Source: Candidatus Kerfeldbacteria bacterium (GTDB taxonomy: Bacteria > Patescibacteriota > Patescibacteriia > UBA10025 > JAHIVO01). Taken from it: 64,000 nucleotides of DNA. The stretch covers positions 280,007 to 344,006 of the forward strand of contig JACROE010000002.1 in the NCBI GenBank assembly GCA_016214565.1. Reading direction: 5' to 3'. The notes under the pieces are model-generated. The model did no database searches and had not been told where the DNA came from. It saw only the letters and a list, made by a program, of their open reading frames with translations. This document shows positions 19,237 to 29,298 of this stretch, piece by piece (the first letter of the stretch is position 1; each line of letters starts with the position of its first letter). A program made the position numbers and the translations under genes.

Positions 19237-22200
19237 TTAAACCACAAAATTCACCAGTTTTTTGGGAACAAAAATTACTTTTTTTGGTTCACCAGTCAGA
19301 TGCCGCTGCACGGCCACACTGGTTTTTGCTTTTTCAACGACCACTTCCTGAGGAGCATCAGTCGGCATTACCAGCGTGTCGCGAAGTTTGCCATTTACCT
19401 GGATAGCATAGGTGGCTTCTGTTTTAACGATTTTGGCTGGATCAAATTTCGGCCACCCCTCGTTTTCTATATACGTCGTGTGTCCCAGCTGGTGCCAGAG
19501 TTCTTGCGCCAAGTGCGGGGCAAATGGTGCGAGTAATTGTAAAAATCTTTCAAATGAAGTTTGTGCCACAGAAGCAGTGCCCCATTCATTGGTTAATTTC
19601 ATCAAATCACTAATGCAGGTATTAAAACGGAACAGCTCAATCTTTTCGCTGACTGATTGGATAGTCTGATGCAGTAATGTACTCCCAACCTCAGTTTTGC
19701 CCCGCTCAACCCGATCAAATATTTCCCAGACCCGCTCAACAAATCTCCGAACACCAATGATCCCCTTGGTACTCCACGGCTTCGCATCTTCAAACGGCCC
19801 CATGAACATTTCATACATGCGCAGCACATCCGCGCCGTATTCTTTGACGACATCGTCAGGATTAATCACATTGCCGCGCGACTTCGACATCTTCTGTCCA
19901 TCCTCGCCCAGGATAATCCCCTGATTCTTCAGTTTCACAAATGGTTCTTCACCGCATTCGTTCGGCACTGCGCCAATGTCAAACAAAAACTTATAAATGA
20001 AACGCGCGTACAAAAGATGCAGCACCGCATGCTCCGCACCACCCACATACATATCGACCGGCAACCAGGCTTTCAATTTTTCTGGATCAGCCAGCTGTTT
20101 GTCATTATGTGGATCGCAATAGCGTAAGAAATACCAGTTAGACCCAGCCCACTGCGGCATGGTATTTGTCTCGCGTTTGGCTGGTCCGCCGCACTCAGGG
20201 CAGGTCGTATTGACCCATGATTCAATTGCGGCCAGTGGCGATTCGCCGGTGCCGGTTGGTTCGTATTTCTCCACGTCGGGCAAGGTAACGGGCAAATCTT
20301 TTTCCGGGACTGCCGCCGCCTCGCATTTGGCGCAATGCACAATCGGGATTGGTTCGCCCCAGTACCGCTGGCGGGAAAATAACCAATCGCGCATTTTGTA
20401 ATTGATGGATGTTTTGCCTAAATCCTTTTTCTCCAGCCAGGCAATAATTTTTTTCTTGAACTCAACCGAATCCATGCCGTTATACTCGCCGGAATTGATC
20501 ATCTCACCATCACCCGTCCAGCAAGTGTACTCAATGTCGGAATCTAGGGTACCCCAAGCGCCGGCGCTTCCCATGGGCGGCTGCATCTTCGGCATCACCC
20601 GATCTGGCTGAATGACAGGCACAATCGGCAGTTTAAATTTCTGGGCAAAGGCGTGATCCCGCTCATCGTGCGCTGGCACGGCCATGATGGCGCCCGTACC
20701 ATAAGTGCTCAACACATAATCAGCTATCCAAATGGGCATCTTCTTATCATTAACGGGGTTGACTGCGTACGCGCCGGTAAAAACGCCAGTTTTATTTTTT
20801 GCCAAATCAGTGCGCTCCAGATCAGATTTGGCCGCCGCTTCTTTTTGGTATTGCTCAACAGCACTGCGTTGTTTGTCAGTCGTGATTAAACCAACTAATG
20901 AGTGCTCGGGTGACAGCACCACATACGTCGCGCCAAATATTGTATCCGGTCGGGTAGTAAATACCGTTACCTGTTGATTAGCTCCAGATGCAATTGCTGC
21001 CAACACCGTCGGCACGGCAAACGATCCGAGTTCGCGATTAGCATAATGCGGACGTGGCGCTTGTTCCATAATTAAGTGGGCGCCCAATAATTCCGCTAGC
21101 GCCTTTGGTTCAGCTGGTGCCACCAAGTCATCATGCGTATCGCCAATCACGGTAATCCGTGGCACCTGGCGATTAATTTTTTTCACATCATAATCATAGT
21201 CACTATACTGCGAAACTCCCGCGGGATAGGTGACATTCGGTTGAGCTGGAACATGGGGCGGTGCAAGCAATACCAACCCAGCTAATTTCAAACCTAATTG
21301 CTGGACGGCTTCCAATGCCAGCACGCAGCCAAGGCTATGCCCAAGAATAACCGTGTCTGAATCCGGTTTCAAGGATTTCACAATTTTAAGATTTTCCTCC
21401 AGGCTCGGCATCTCCTCGATTGATAGCTGTGGCGCGTCAACGCGCGTACCATGCTTCTCAAGTTCGGCGCGGAGCCATACTTTGAAACCCGTGTCCGGAC
21501 TGCCCTGGTACCCATGTAATATGATGACTCGTTTTGGCCACTGCGCTTCAATCGGAAAATGTATCGTCGCACCTTCGCTCCGACCAATCCAATTGCGCTG
21601 TAATAATTTGATTGACTCTGGCCAATCAACAGTATCCAATCCATGAAGCAATCGCTCGATATAGCGCTCGTCAGTAATTTTTACTAACCACTGTTTAATT
21701 TGTTTCTTGGTCACCGGCGTGCCGCAACGCTCGCATTTTCCGTCTACTACTTCTTCATTAGCTAAGCCGGTTTTATCTTTCGGACACCAATTGATCGGCG
21801 CGTCAGCTTCGTAGGCGAGGCCGTGCTTGAACAGCTGAACAAAAATCCACTGAGTCCAGCGGTAATATTTTGGATCAGACGTAATAACCTCGCGTGACCA
21901 ATCATAGGAAAACCCGAGACTTTGTATCTGCCGGCGCATGTTGGCAATGTTTTCTGCGGTGGTTTTGGCGGGGTGGGTGCCAGTTTTGATAGCGTAATTC
22001 TCTGCGGGCAGGCCAAATGAGTCAAACCCCATCGGGTGGAGCACCGATTTTCCCCGAGCGCGAAGATAGCGGGTATAGATATCGGATGCGGTGTACCCCT
22101 CTGGGTGGCCGACGTGCAAACCCTGCGCCGATGGATAGGGGAACATATCCAATACGTACGACGAATCACCCGATGCCGTATCCGAAACACGCCAAACCTG

Positions 22201-22263
22201 ATCCCGCTTCCAGGATTCCTGCCAGCGTTGCTCAACTTCCGAATGATTGTAGTGTTTCCGCAT
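19237..22263 (-). CDS. leuS: Leucyl-tRNA synthetase with an inserted alpha/beta-hydrolase domain
   Basis: MFPYPSAQGLHVGH (HIGH), NWIGRSEG, VFTTRPDT, GTGAIMAVPAHDERD, SRQRYWGEPIP, KMSKS. Confidence 0.97.
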   Translation of the reverse strand: MRKHYNHSEVEQRWQESWKRDQVWRVSDTASGDSSYVLDMFPYPSAQGLHVGHPEGYTASDIYTRYLRARGKSVLHPMGFDSFGLPAENYAIKTGTHPAKTTAENIANMRRQIQSLGFSYDWSREVITSDPKYYRWTQWIFVQLFKHGLAYEADAPINWCPKDKTGLANEEVVDGKCERCGTPVTKKQIKQWLVKITDERYIERLLHGLDTVDWPESIKLLQRNWIGRSEGATIHFPIEAQWPKRVIILHGYQGSPDTGFKVWLRAELEKHGTRVDAPQLSIEEMPSLEENLKIVKSLKPDSDTVILGHSLGCVLALEAVQQLGLKLAGLVLLAPPHVPAQPNVTYPAGVSQYSDYDYDVKKINRQVPRITVIGDTHDDLVAPAEPKALAELLGAHLIMEQAPRPHYANRELGSFAVPTVLAAIASGANQQVTVFTTRPDTIFGATYVVLSPEHSLVGLITTDKQRSAVEQYQKEAAAKSDLERTDLAKNKTGVFTGAYAVNPVNDKKMPIWIADYVLSTYGTGAIMAVPAHDERDHAFAQKFKLPIVPVIQPDRVMPKMQPPMGSAGAWGTLDSDIEYTCWTGDGEMINSGEYNGMDSVEFKKKIIAWLEKKDLGKTSINYKMRDWLFSRQRYWGEPIPIVHCAKCEAAAVPEKDLPVTLPDVEKYEPTGTGESPLAAIESWVNTTCPECGGPAKRETNTMPQWAGSNWYFLRYCDPHNDKQLADPEKLKAWLPVDMYVGGAEHAVLHLLYARFIYKFLFDIGAVPNECGEEPFVKLKNQGIILGEDGQKMSKSRGNVINPDDVVKEYGADVLRMYEMFMGPFEDAKPWSTKGIIGVRRFVERVWEIFDRVERGKTEVGSTLLHQTIQSVSEKIELFRFNTCISDLMKLTNEWGTASVAQTSFERFLQLLAPFAPHLAQELWHQLGHTTYIENEGWPKFDPAKIVKTEATYAIQVNGKLRDTLVMPTDAPQEVVVEKAKTSVAVQRHLTGEPKKVIFVPKKLVNFVV

Positions 22264-22321
22264 AGTACAATTCACTCTAACATTTCACTACTGCCAATTC
22301 AAGCGATATAATCAGTACCGA

Positions 22322-22350
22322 TTGACATGGCTATATACCTATGGTATTGT
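22322..22350 (+). promoter_or_regulatory. sigma70-like promoter for the M23/LysM gene
   Basis: TTGACA-17 nt-TATTGT with TGn extension. Confidence 0.6.
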
Positions 22351-22428
22351 TCGCAATTGAAACTTATGGAGATAAGGAGTGGCGCCAAATATACCTATTT
22401 GGCGGGTTAAACAGTAATTTATCATTGT

Positions 22429-23757
22429 TTGAGCCTCCGGTTTAAATCAATCATCATAACCGCATTATTGCGCGCCCTGGAAGGGGTGATGATGGTTGGC
22501 GCGGTCTTGGGCTCAATGCTGAACTGGATCCTTGTGCGGCCGATTCGAGTAATTGGGCGTTTTTTATTGCGCCACGTATTTATTCACGCTTATAGCTTGT
22601 ATCGAACCGTCAAAAATCGATTGGATATAGTTTTTGCTCCCGCAAAGAATAAAATCATTTACCCACTGCTGAATAAATCATCCATCCACGCCATCATCGC
22701 TTTCCTGGCGGTCGCTGTTATTGTTAATAACTTCGTAATCAAAGAAACACGAGCAGAGGAATTTGGTCGGGATTTATTGCTTGGCGCGATGACCACAAAT
22801 ATTCAAGATGTCGAGATTACTGAAACGGCTATTCAAGACACGTACTCCACCCCCGACTATTTTCGAATCACCGGCACGGTTACCCCGCTGAATTCCGGCA
22901 CGCCGACCGCAGCCGATACCGGCACCAGCGCACTCCTGGCGAGCAGCGGCGCTCTAGTAAACCCAAATCTCTCCAGTACCACGGTCGGCGATCGACCGCG
23001 CGAATCTGTGGTGTATTACACCGTCGAGGGTGGCGATACGATTAGCGTCATTGCGGAAAAATTTGGCATTTCTACGGATACCATTCTCTGGGAAAACCGG
23101 CTTGGGGCACGTGATGTGATTAAACCCGGAAACAAACTAACTATTTTACCGATTTCCGGCGTATCACATCAGGTAAAAAAGAGCGAAACCCTCGAGGCAA
23201 TTGCCAAAAAGTATAAAGCTGATGTTAATGAAATAATTGAGTACAACGCGCTCGTTGACGCCACTGATATTGATATTGATCAAATTCTCATAATTCCTGG
23301 CGGTGAAGTAGAGCCGCCAAAGGTTCCTACGATCACCTCACCCCGTGGATCCAGCTTTGCTGGTGGCCCTATTCCTCCCTCATCAACACAGGGCGGTTCA
23401 TCAGGAAAATTACTCTGGCCAACCACCGGCCACCGCGTCAGCCAATATTTCAAATGGGGACATACGGGCCTCGATATTACCGGCCCCTATACGGCGCCGA
23501 CCTATGCCGCCGATGACGGCCGTGTCGAGGCAGTCGGTTGGGGTTCTGGCTATGGCAATCGCATCATCATCAATCACGGCAATGGCATCAAAACATTATA
23601 CGCGCACCACTCAAAAATGTTTGTCTCAGTAGGTGACAGCGTTTCCCGAGGACAGACTATCGGTATGATCGGCTGTACCGGCTGGTGCACCGGGCCGCAC
23701 GTCCATTTCGAAGTTATTGTGAATGGCGTCCAGGTCAATCCCTTGAGCTATCTATAA
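22429..23757 (+). CDS. LysM-domain M23 family peptidoglycan peptidase
   Basis: Two LysM repeats (YTVEGGDTISVIA, HQVKKSETLEAIA); HTGLD, YAH and GPHVHFEV M23 motifs. Start codon uncertain. Confidence 0.93.
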   Translation: MSLRFKSIIITALLRALEGVMMVGAVLGSMLNWILVRPIRVIGRFLLRHVFIHAYSLYRTVKNRLDIVFAPAKNKIIYPLLNKSSIHAIIAFLAVAVIVNNFVIKETRAEEFGRDLLLGAMTTNIQDVEITETAIQDTYSTPDYFRITGTVTPLNSGTPTAADTGTSALLASSGALVNPNLSSTTVGDRPRESVVYYTVEGGDTISVIAEKFGISTDTILWENRLGARDVIKPGNKLTILPISGVSHQVKKSETLEAIAKKYKADVNEIIEYNALVDATDIDIDQILIIPGGEVEPPKVPTITSPRGSSFAGGPIPPSSTQGGSSGKLLWPTTGHRVSQYFKWGHTGLDITGPYTAPTYAADDGRVEAVGWGSGYGNRIIINHGNGIKTLYAHHSKMFVSVGDSVSRGQTIGMIGCTGWCTGPHVHFEVIVNGVQVNPLSYL

Positions 23758-23780
23758 ATCGAACGGAGCGCTCGCCAATC

Positions 23781-23816
23781 AAAAAACCTCAGCCGAATCT
23801 CGACTGAGGCGCTTTC
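23781..23816. terminator. Hairpin between convergent genes
   Basis: AAAAAA-CCTCAG...CTGAGG stem. Confidence 0.5.
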
Positions 23817-23830
23817 GTATACGCAAGAAA

Positions 23831-24634
23831 TTAGCCAACCTGCTTCAACGTCTTCTGAATTTTTTCAATGATCTCATCAATGGTAAAATTCGACTTGATC
23901 AAATAATCATTAGCTCCCAAGTTACGCCCTTTCTCCACGTCAGCTTCTTGGCCGAGATTGGACAGCAAAATGACTGGCGTGCGCGCCATCTGCATATCAG
24001 TGTTATCCCGAATACGCTTCAGAATCTCAAATCCGTCCATGCCCGGCATGATAATATCGAGCAGTACGATTTCCGGACGTGTCGTCAAAATTTTCTCCAG
24101 GCCGCTGGGGCCGTCCATGGCCGCGGTCACATCAAACTTTTCTTTGGTCAATTTCGTCACCAGCAAATCCCGCAGGAACTGATCATCCTCGACTATTAAT
24201 ATTCGAGTCTGGTTTTCCTTCGGACTGGCGGTTGGCGAAGCGCTGGCTGGCTGGATACCACCGAGAATGCCGCGCACTTTTTCCAGCACCTCATCCGGCG
24301 TAAATTGAGCCTTAATGATGTAATCTCGAGCGCCCAGCGTTTTAACCTTTTCTAGTTCCACCGGCTGCCCTGAATTTGAAATAACCATGACGGCTGGCAT
24401 AGCCGATCCGTGCTTCTCTTTCAGTGCGGTCAGCACTTCATACCCATCCATTTTGGGCATGACAATATCCAGTAATATTAAATCCGGATGTACTTTTTCC
24501 GCCTGTACCAAACCGTCGGCGCCGTCCCGAGCCGAATATACCTGATATCCAACCTGCTCGAGTTTCTTGCTCAGAACATCGACGAGGATGTCTTCATCCT
24601 CAATTATGAGTATAGTTTGCTTAGAGTTGGTCAT
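23831..24634 (-). CDS. Response regulator with two tandem receiver domains and no output domain
   Basis: ILIIEDE...LLDIVMPKMDG...IIK and ILIVEDD...LLDIIMPGMDG...LIK; likely start MTNSKQ at 24634. Confidence 0.9.
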   Translation of the reverse strand: MTNSKQTILIIEDEDILVDVLSKKLEQVGYQVYSARDGADGLVQAEKVHPDLILLDIVMPKMDGYEVLTALKEKHGSAMPAVMVISNSGQPVELEKVKTLGARDYIIKAQFTPDEVLEKVRGILGGIQPASASPTASPKENQTRILIVEDDQFLRDLLVTKLTKEKFDVTAAMDGPSGLEKILTTRPEIVLLDIIMPGMDGFEILKRIRDNTDMQMARTPVILLSNLGQEADVEKGRNLGANDYLIKSNFTIDEIIEKIQKTLKQVG

Positions 24635-25352
24635 AGGAGGTAGATGGTTGTGTCGGGGTCGCCCAGGGCTTCGGGCGCTCACGTCCATAGATTATACCAA
24701 AAAAGATAACTAAATACGACATGAGGGAAAATAAATCCGAAACCAGCACGCCGAGCGGGGTTAACGCCTCATAATACGTATAGGCGGTAACTAAGAGAAG
24801 GGTGAGTCCACCAGAAATAATAAATGAGCGCGTTTTTACTAATCGATGTTGAGTTCGAATGCCTTGCATAAAGAAAAATATGATACTGCAGAACAGCACG
24901 CCGCCAAGGATGATCAAACTCGCGATGCTCACGATCGGATGAATATCCCAGGTGGTAATACTCGTGACCGGATCAAACGATGGATTGCCCCGATACAATA
25001 CGGTCAACACCATGGCCACCGATGAAACGATCAAGATGAGATAAAATACCAGCTGCATACGCTGCACACTGATGAAGAACATTGAAACTTTCGAAAAATA
25101 AGCAACCGAGAGATAGAGACAGGCCTGTGCTCCGATAAATCCGATAGCAATCGCCATCGAACTATCCCACAGAAAAATGCGCGGGATGGAAAAAAACAAA
25201 TATGCCACCACCACCGCCAAATACCCCTGCGCAAAGAAATAGAGTACACGATTAGAAGCATCACGCTGGTAAGCCTGATACAGACGAACGCTGGCGAATG
25301 CGCAGATGATACCATTCAATAAATCAATGAATGGAACTAAAGGAAATGTCAT
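24621..25352 (-). CDS. Stand-alone ~7TM membrane protein (HisKA_7TM-like sensor module)
   Basis: About seven hydrophobic helices; tightly packed between the kinase and regulator genes. Confidence 0.65.
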   Translation of the reverse strand: MTFPLVPFIDLLNGIICAFASVRLYQAYQRDASNRVLYFFAQGYLAVVVAYLFFSIPRIFLWDSSMAIAIGFIGAQACLYLSVAYFSKVSMFFISVQRMQLVFYLILIVSSVAMVLTVLYRGNPSFDPVTSITTWDIHPIVSIASLIILGGVLFCSIIFFFMQGIRTQHRLVKTRSFIISGGLTLLLVTAYTYYEALTPLGVLVSDLFSLMSYLVIFFGIIYGRERPKPWATPTQPSTSYDQL

Positions 25353-25354
25353 GA

Positions 25355-26839
25355 TTAAATACTTTTAATAAATTGATCATATTGAGTCTCTGCCACCTGA
25401 TCATGAATGGGTAGAGAGAAATAGAAGGTGGTGCCGCGGCTTTCCAGACTCTCAAACCAGATCGTGCCTCGGTGATTCTCCACAATATTTTTTGCGATGA
25501 AGAGGCCCAAACCCGAACCATCCGTTTGCATCCGAATGACGTTATCCGCCCGGAAGAATTTCGAGAAAATGCGACCCTGCTGATCTACGGGAATGCCCAC
25601 GCCAGAGTCGCGGACGCTGAAAATTAATTGATTCTGATCCTCGGTAAGATGAACCGTTACGGTGCCGTCTGGCGGAGTATACTTGATGGCGTTATCCACG
25701 AGATTTTGTACCGCCAATCTAATTTTATCGGGATCAATGTTTGCTTTTGGCAATGCCCGCGTCGGTTTCACAAATGACAGCTTCACATTTTTCTTACGAG
25801 TAGCCGGCTGCAATTCGTCGCATATATGAGCGACTAATTCTTCCAGCGAAGCATGAACAAATCGATACTGGAAACGACCTTCCTCAATGCGGGACACATT
25901 CAAAAGGTCATTAATAAGTGAGATCATCCGCTCGTTCGTTTCATACCCTTTGAGCAGCATTTCCTTTTGCTGCTGATTAAGTTCACCCAAATCCCCATCC
26001 AAAATCATCCGCATCACCCACTTCACCCCGGAGAGTGGTGTCCGCATCTGGTGCGAGGCCACAGAAATAAATTCCGTCTTCATTTGATCAATCTCCTTCA
26101 ACCGGCGATTGACGCGTGAATAAATCTTATTCAACCGAACTAATTCTTGATTAGCTCGCAATAATTCCGCTTCAACCGTAGACAAGCTACGCACCACGTA
26201 ACCGCTGCGATACGTACTGATACCCATCAGACTGATCATGGTGATTGCCATTCCAAAAAGATACCGTTGATTGAGGAAAAGCGGCTCGGTAAAAATTCCA
26301 GTTGAAGCGTGAGGAATCCCGCCGGTGTATTCAGCCGTAATCAAGGCCACAAACATGCCACCGCCGAGCACCAAATTAATTGGTGCGGCAAGGGCGCTAA
26401 AGTGAACATTAGTACCAACTAATTGAATAAGGTACAACGGCAAAAATATACTCTCGATACCGCCCGTGGCATGCACAATCAAAGTAATAATGATCATGTC
26501 CAACACGATGCCGATATACGGCCAAAACCGCGGATAATAAATATTTTGAAAAACGAGATTTGACGTCAGATTGAAAATGAATCCAATAGTCGCGGCAATC
26601 AGCACCCCGATCAAGTCAAACCCAAAACCAATCTGGTATCCTACCAGCGTAATAATGCACACTGCGGAGATGACAATATACCGCACGGCGACAGACCAAC
26701 GGAGACGTTTTAATTTCTCTTCCTCACCTAAACGCGAGATGTCATGCTCGAGCTTGATATCTGCTTCTGATTTTGGCGCGGCTGGTTTTTCTTTTGTTTT
26801 GCTGGCCTGGACTTCCTCCACCATAGCCATGGCTTTCAT
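25355..26839 (-). CDS. Membrane sensor histidine kinase
   Basis: About 5 TM helices; SHQMRTPL H-box, NLVDNAIKYT, DSGVGI, FSKFFR, GSGLGL. Confidence 0.95.
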   Translation of the reverse strand: MKAMAMVEEVQASKTKEKPAAPKSEADIKLEHDISRLGEEEKLKRLRWSVAVRYIVISAVCIITLVGYQIGFGFDLIGVLIAATIGFIFNLTSNLVFQNIYYPRFWPYIGIVLDMIIITLIVHATGGIESIFLPLYLIQLVGTNVHFSALAAPINLVLGGGMFVALITAEYTGGIPHASTGIFTEPLFLNQRYLFGMAITMISLMGISTYRSGYVVRSLSTVEAELLRANQELVRLNKIYSRVNRRLKEIDQMKTEFISVASHQMRTPLSGVKWVMRMILDGDLGELNQQQKEMLLKGYETNERMISLINDLLNVSRIEEGRFQYRFVHASLEELVAHICDELQPATRKKNVKLSFVKPTRALPKANIDPDKIRLAVQNLVDNAIKYTPPDGTVTVHLTEDQNQLIFSVRDSGVGIPVDQQGRIFSKFFRADNVIRMQTDGSGLGLFIAKNIVENHRGTIWFESLESRGTTFYFSLPIHDQVAETQYDQFIKSI

Positions 26840-26890
26840 GTAGTACTTAGTTACAACAAATATATTTTAGCATTTTTTTAACGAAAAGTC

Positions 26891-27004
26891 AACCGTGTAC
26901 CGATTCTGGTACACGGTTGTCCCGAGTGAAACGAGGGACCTCGTCGGTTGTTTTGTTGATATCAGAAAGCGATGCACCATTGCCCTGAGCAACGTCGAAG
27001 GGCA
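26891..27004. repeat. Cluster of three REP-like hairpins
   Basis: AACCGTGTACC/GGTACACGGTT; GTCCC-GA-GTGAAAC-GA-GGGAC; TGCCCT-GA-GCAACGTC-GA-AGGGCA. Confidence 0.75.
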
Positions 27005-27098
27005 TCATCATTAATCTGCACGGTTGTCCTCCCTCCAGTTATTTCAAAAAAAATCGACCCGCAGCTTATTGCTACGGGTCGGGATCGTCAGACGAGAA

Positions 27099-27602
27099 CT
27101 ACTCCTGGATATGATATGAATCATTACTCAAATAGCCTACGGCAAGTATGATACTGGGAACTAATACCAGCGTAATGATTACACCGAGCCAATGCACAGA
27201 TGTGTTTGGTTGATACTCTACCATCGCCGCACCAGCTACCAGTATCAAAGCTGCCCCACCGGCCAGCAAACAGTGGTATCGAAAACCACCACGCCTTCGC
27301 CACAACTCCATCGTAGATCGCGCTCTCCAGCTTTTATTATCAAGCGAAAGAACGGAGATGATATAGCTAAGCCCAATAAGGACAAACGTGCCACTCACTA
27401 CCACAAACTGAGCGGCATTCCAGCGGAAGAGATGGACCTCACACCATAACGTCAAGCCGACAAACGCCAACGACAGGAAAGCTCTCCAATAGTCCAAGAA
27501 AATTAACAGCAGTAAGACGCATACCATTCTCATGAAGCCCATATCCATGGCATCACGAATCTGATCGTCACAGTCTGGACAGACGACTCTTTTCGTCTTC
27601 AT
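27099..27602 (-). CDS. Orphan membrane protein with N-terminal CxxC
   Basis: SD AAGGAGG, upstream TTGACA-18-TAGAGT, downstream hairpin; about 5 TM helices. Confidence 0.65.
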   Translation of the reverse strand: MKTKRVVCPDCDDQIRDAMDMGFMRMVCVLLLLIFLDYWRAFLSLAFVGLTLWCEVHLFRWNAAQFVVVSGTFVLIGLSYIISVLSLDNKSWRARSTMELWRRRGGFRYHCLLAGGAALILVAGAAMVEYQPNTSVHWLGVIITLVLVPSIILAVGYLSNDSYHIQE

Positions 27603-27686
27603 TGTACCCTCCTTGGGTATTATGTAGAGTGAACTGTTTTAAAAAGTTTTTAATACCCCCACTCTACTCCTCAGCGCGCGATCATG

Positions 27687-29207
27687 TCAATCAGTTTTCG
27701 ACCGATACTGCAGCGCCTCAGCCACATGATCGATCGATATGTTTGTATCGTTTTCCAAATCAGCAATCGTTCGGGCTACTTTGAGTATGCGAAAATATGC
27801 CCGACCCGAAAGATGAAATTGGTCAACTGCCTTTTTGAGCAACGCGGAGGTCGCTTCACCGACCTGACAGTGGGTCCGAATCTCACGCACGGTTATTTCT
27901 GCATTCATCGTTTGCCCGGTTCCTCGAAGTCGTTCAACCTGCCGTTGTCGCGCGGCGAGTACCCGCGCTCGAATTGCCGCTGACTCATCATGTGCTGACG
28001 GCTGCCCAATTTCGGTGAAATTCAATCGCGGAACTCGAATATGAATATCAATGCGATCGACGACTGGGCCGGATATTTTTTTATTGTACTTAATTATCTG
28101 AAAGGGTGCGCAGCTGCATGGCCGGTCGGGATCATTGAGATAGCCGCAGGGGCAAGGATTCTGCGCCGCCACGAGCATAAAACGTGCGGGAAACGACATC
28201 GCTGCCGCAGCGCGCGACACCGTTACCACGCCGTCCTCTAGAGGCTGACGTAAGCTCTCCACCACGTGTCGAGAAAATTCAGGAAATTCATCCAGAAAAA
28301 GCACGCCTCGATGTGCCAGAGAAATCTCACCCGGCCGGGGCGAGCTCCCGCCACCCACTAATGCCACGGCCGATGTCGTGTGATGCGGGGAGCGAAACGG
28401 CCGCTCCGTAACCAATGTCGGTTGATTTAATTTTCCCAATACGGAATAAATCTGCGTCACCTCCAGCGACTCAGTTGGCGTCAGGGGAGGTAAAATAGAC
28501 GGCAAACTCCGGGCTAACATAGTCTTACCCGAACCCGGTGGGCCTATCATGAGAATATTATGGCCGCCGGCCGCCGCTATCTCCAGCGCCCGCTTCGCTT
28601 GTATCTGCCCACGCACCTGACCAATGTCAAAATTTGAAGTGACGATGGGCTGCTCTTGATTGACTTGTTGATACGGAGAAATTATTATTCGCTTATTTAA
28701 ATGTTCGGCAACATCAGTCAAATGCCGAACCGGATACACCCGAGGACCAGCTACTGCCGCTGCTTCCCCGGCTACGGCTACCGGCACAAAAAGCTCGCGA
28801 ATACCGCGACGAGCTGCCATGATCGCCATGGACAATACGCCTGGCACCGGCCGCACGCTACCATCAAGCGCTAATTCACCAACGAATAATTTATCAGTGA
28901 GATTCACCCGAGCATGAATTTCACCTCGAGCGCGTAAGATTGCGATTGCTATGGGCAAATCAAAACCAGACCCTTCTTTACGGATGTCAGCCGGCGCTAA
29001 ATTCACCGTCACCACACCGGCGGGAAAATCAAAGCCACTATTGCGGATACCGGAGCGCACCCGCTCCTTCGCTTCCTGAACCGCGGTATCCGGTAATCCG
29101 ACGATGAACATTTTAGGCAAACCACGCGCCACATCTGCTTCGACCTCGACGGGCTGCGCTTCGAGACCAAAAATAGTTGCCGAGGGAACAATGATTGATA
29201 CAGACAT
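27687..29207 (-). CDS. comM: YifB/ComM Mg-chelatase-like AAA+ ATPase
   Basis: IVGLPDTAVQEAKERV, NLAPAD, GPPGSGKT, PFRSPHH, LFLDEFPEF, NPCPCG. Confidence 0.95.
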   Translation of the reverse strand: MSVSIIVPSATIFGLEAQPVEVEADVARGLPKMFIVGLPDTAVQEAKERVRSGIRNSGFDFPAGVVTVNLAPADIRKEGSGFDLPIAIAILRARGEIHARVNLTDKLFVGELALDGSVRPVPGVLSMAIMAARRGIRELFVPVAVAGEAAAVAGPRVYPVRHLTDVAEHLNKRIIISPYQQVNQEQPIVTSNFDIGQVRGQIQAKRALEIAAAGGHNILMIGPPGSGKTMLARSLPSILPPLTPTESLEVTQIYSVLGKLNQPTLVTERPFRSPHHTTSAVALVGGGSSPRPGEISLAHRGVLFLDEFPEFSRHVVESLRQPLEDGVVTVSRAAAAMSFPARFMLVAAQNPCPCGYLNDPDRPCSCAPFQIIKYNKKISGPVVDRIDIHIRVPRLNFTEIGQPSAHDESAAIRARVLAARQRQVERLRGTGQTMNAEITVREIRTHCQVGEATSALLKKAVDQFHLSGRAYFRILKVARTIADLENDTNISIDHVAEALQYRSKTD

Positions 29208-29264
29208 AAAAACCTTCCGTGTTTAGGGGGAAGGCTTTTGATGTTAATTCTTCTCGATGGGTGT

Positions 29265-29292
29265 ATCCTAGCAAACCATTCGGGACTGTCAA
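29265..29292 (-). promoter_or_regulatory. Putative comM promoter
   Basis: TTGACA-16 nt-TAGGAT with TGn extension. Confidence 0.55.
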
Positions 29293-29298
29293 GATTTG

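Noticed and set aside
20985-21537. Intein in leuS
   Set aside because: No N-terminal Cys/Ser block, C-terminal His-Asn or LAGLIDADG motif; the motifs are those of a serine hydrolase.
24621-25352. Microbial rhodopsin
   Set aside because: The last helix (VSDLFSLMSY) lacks the retinal-binding Lys.
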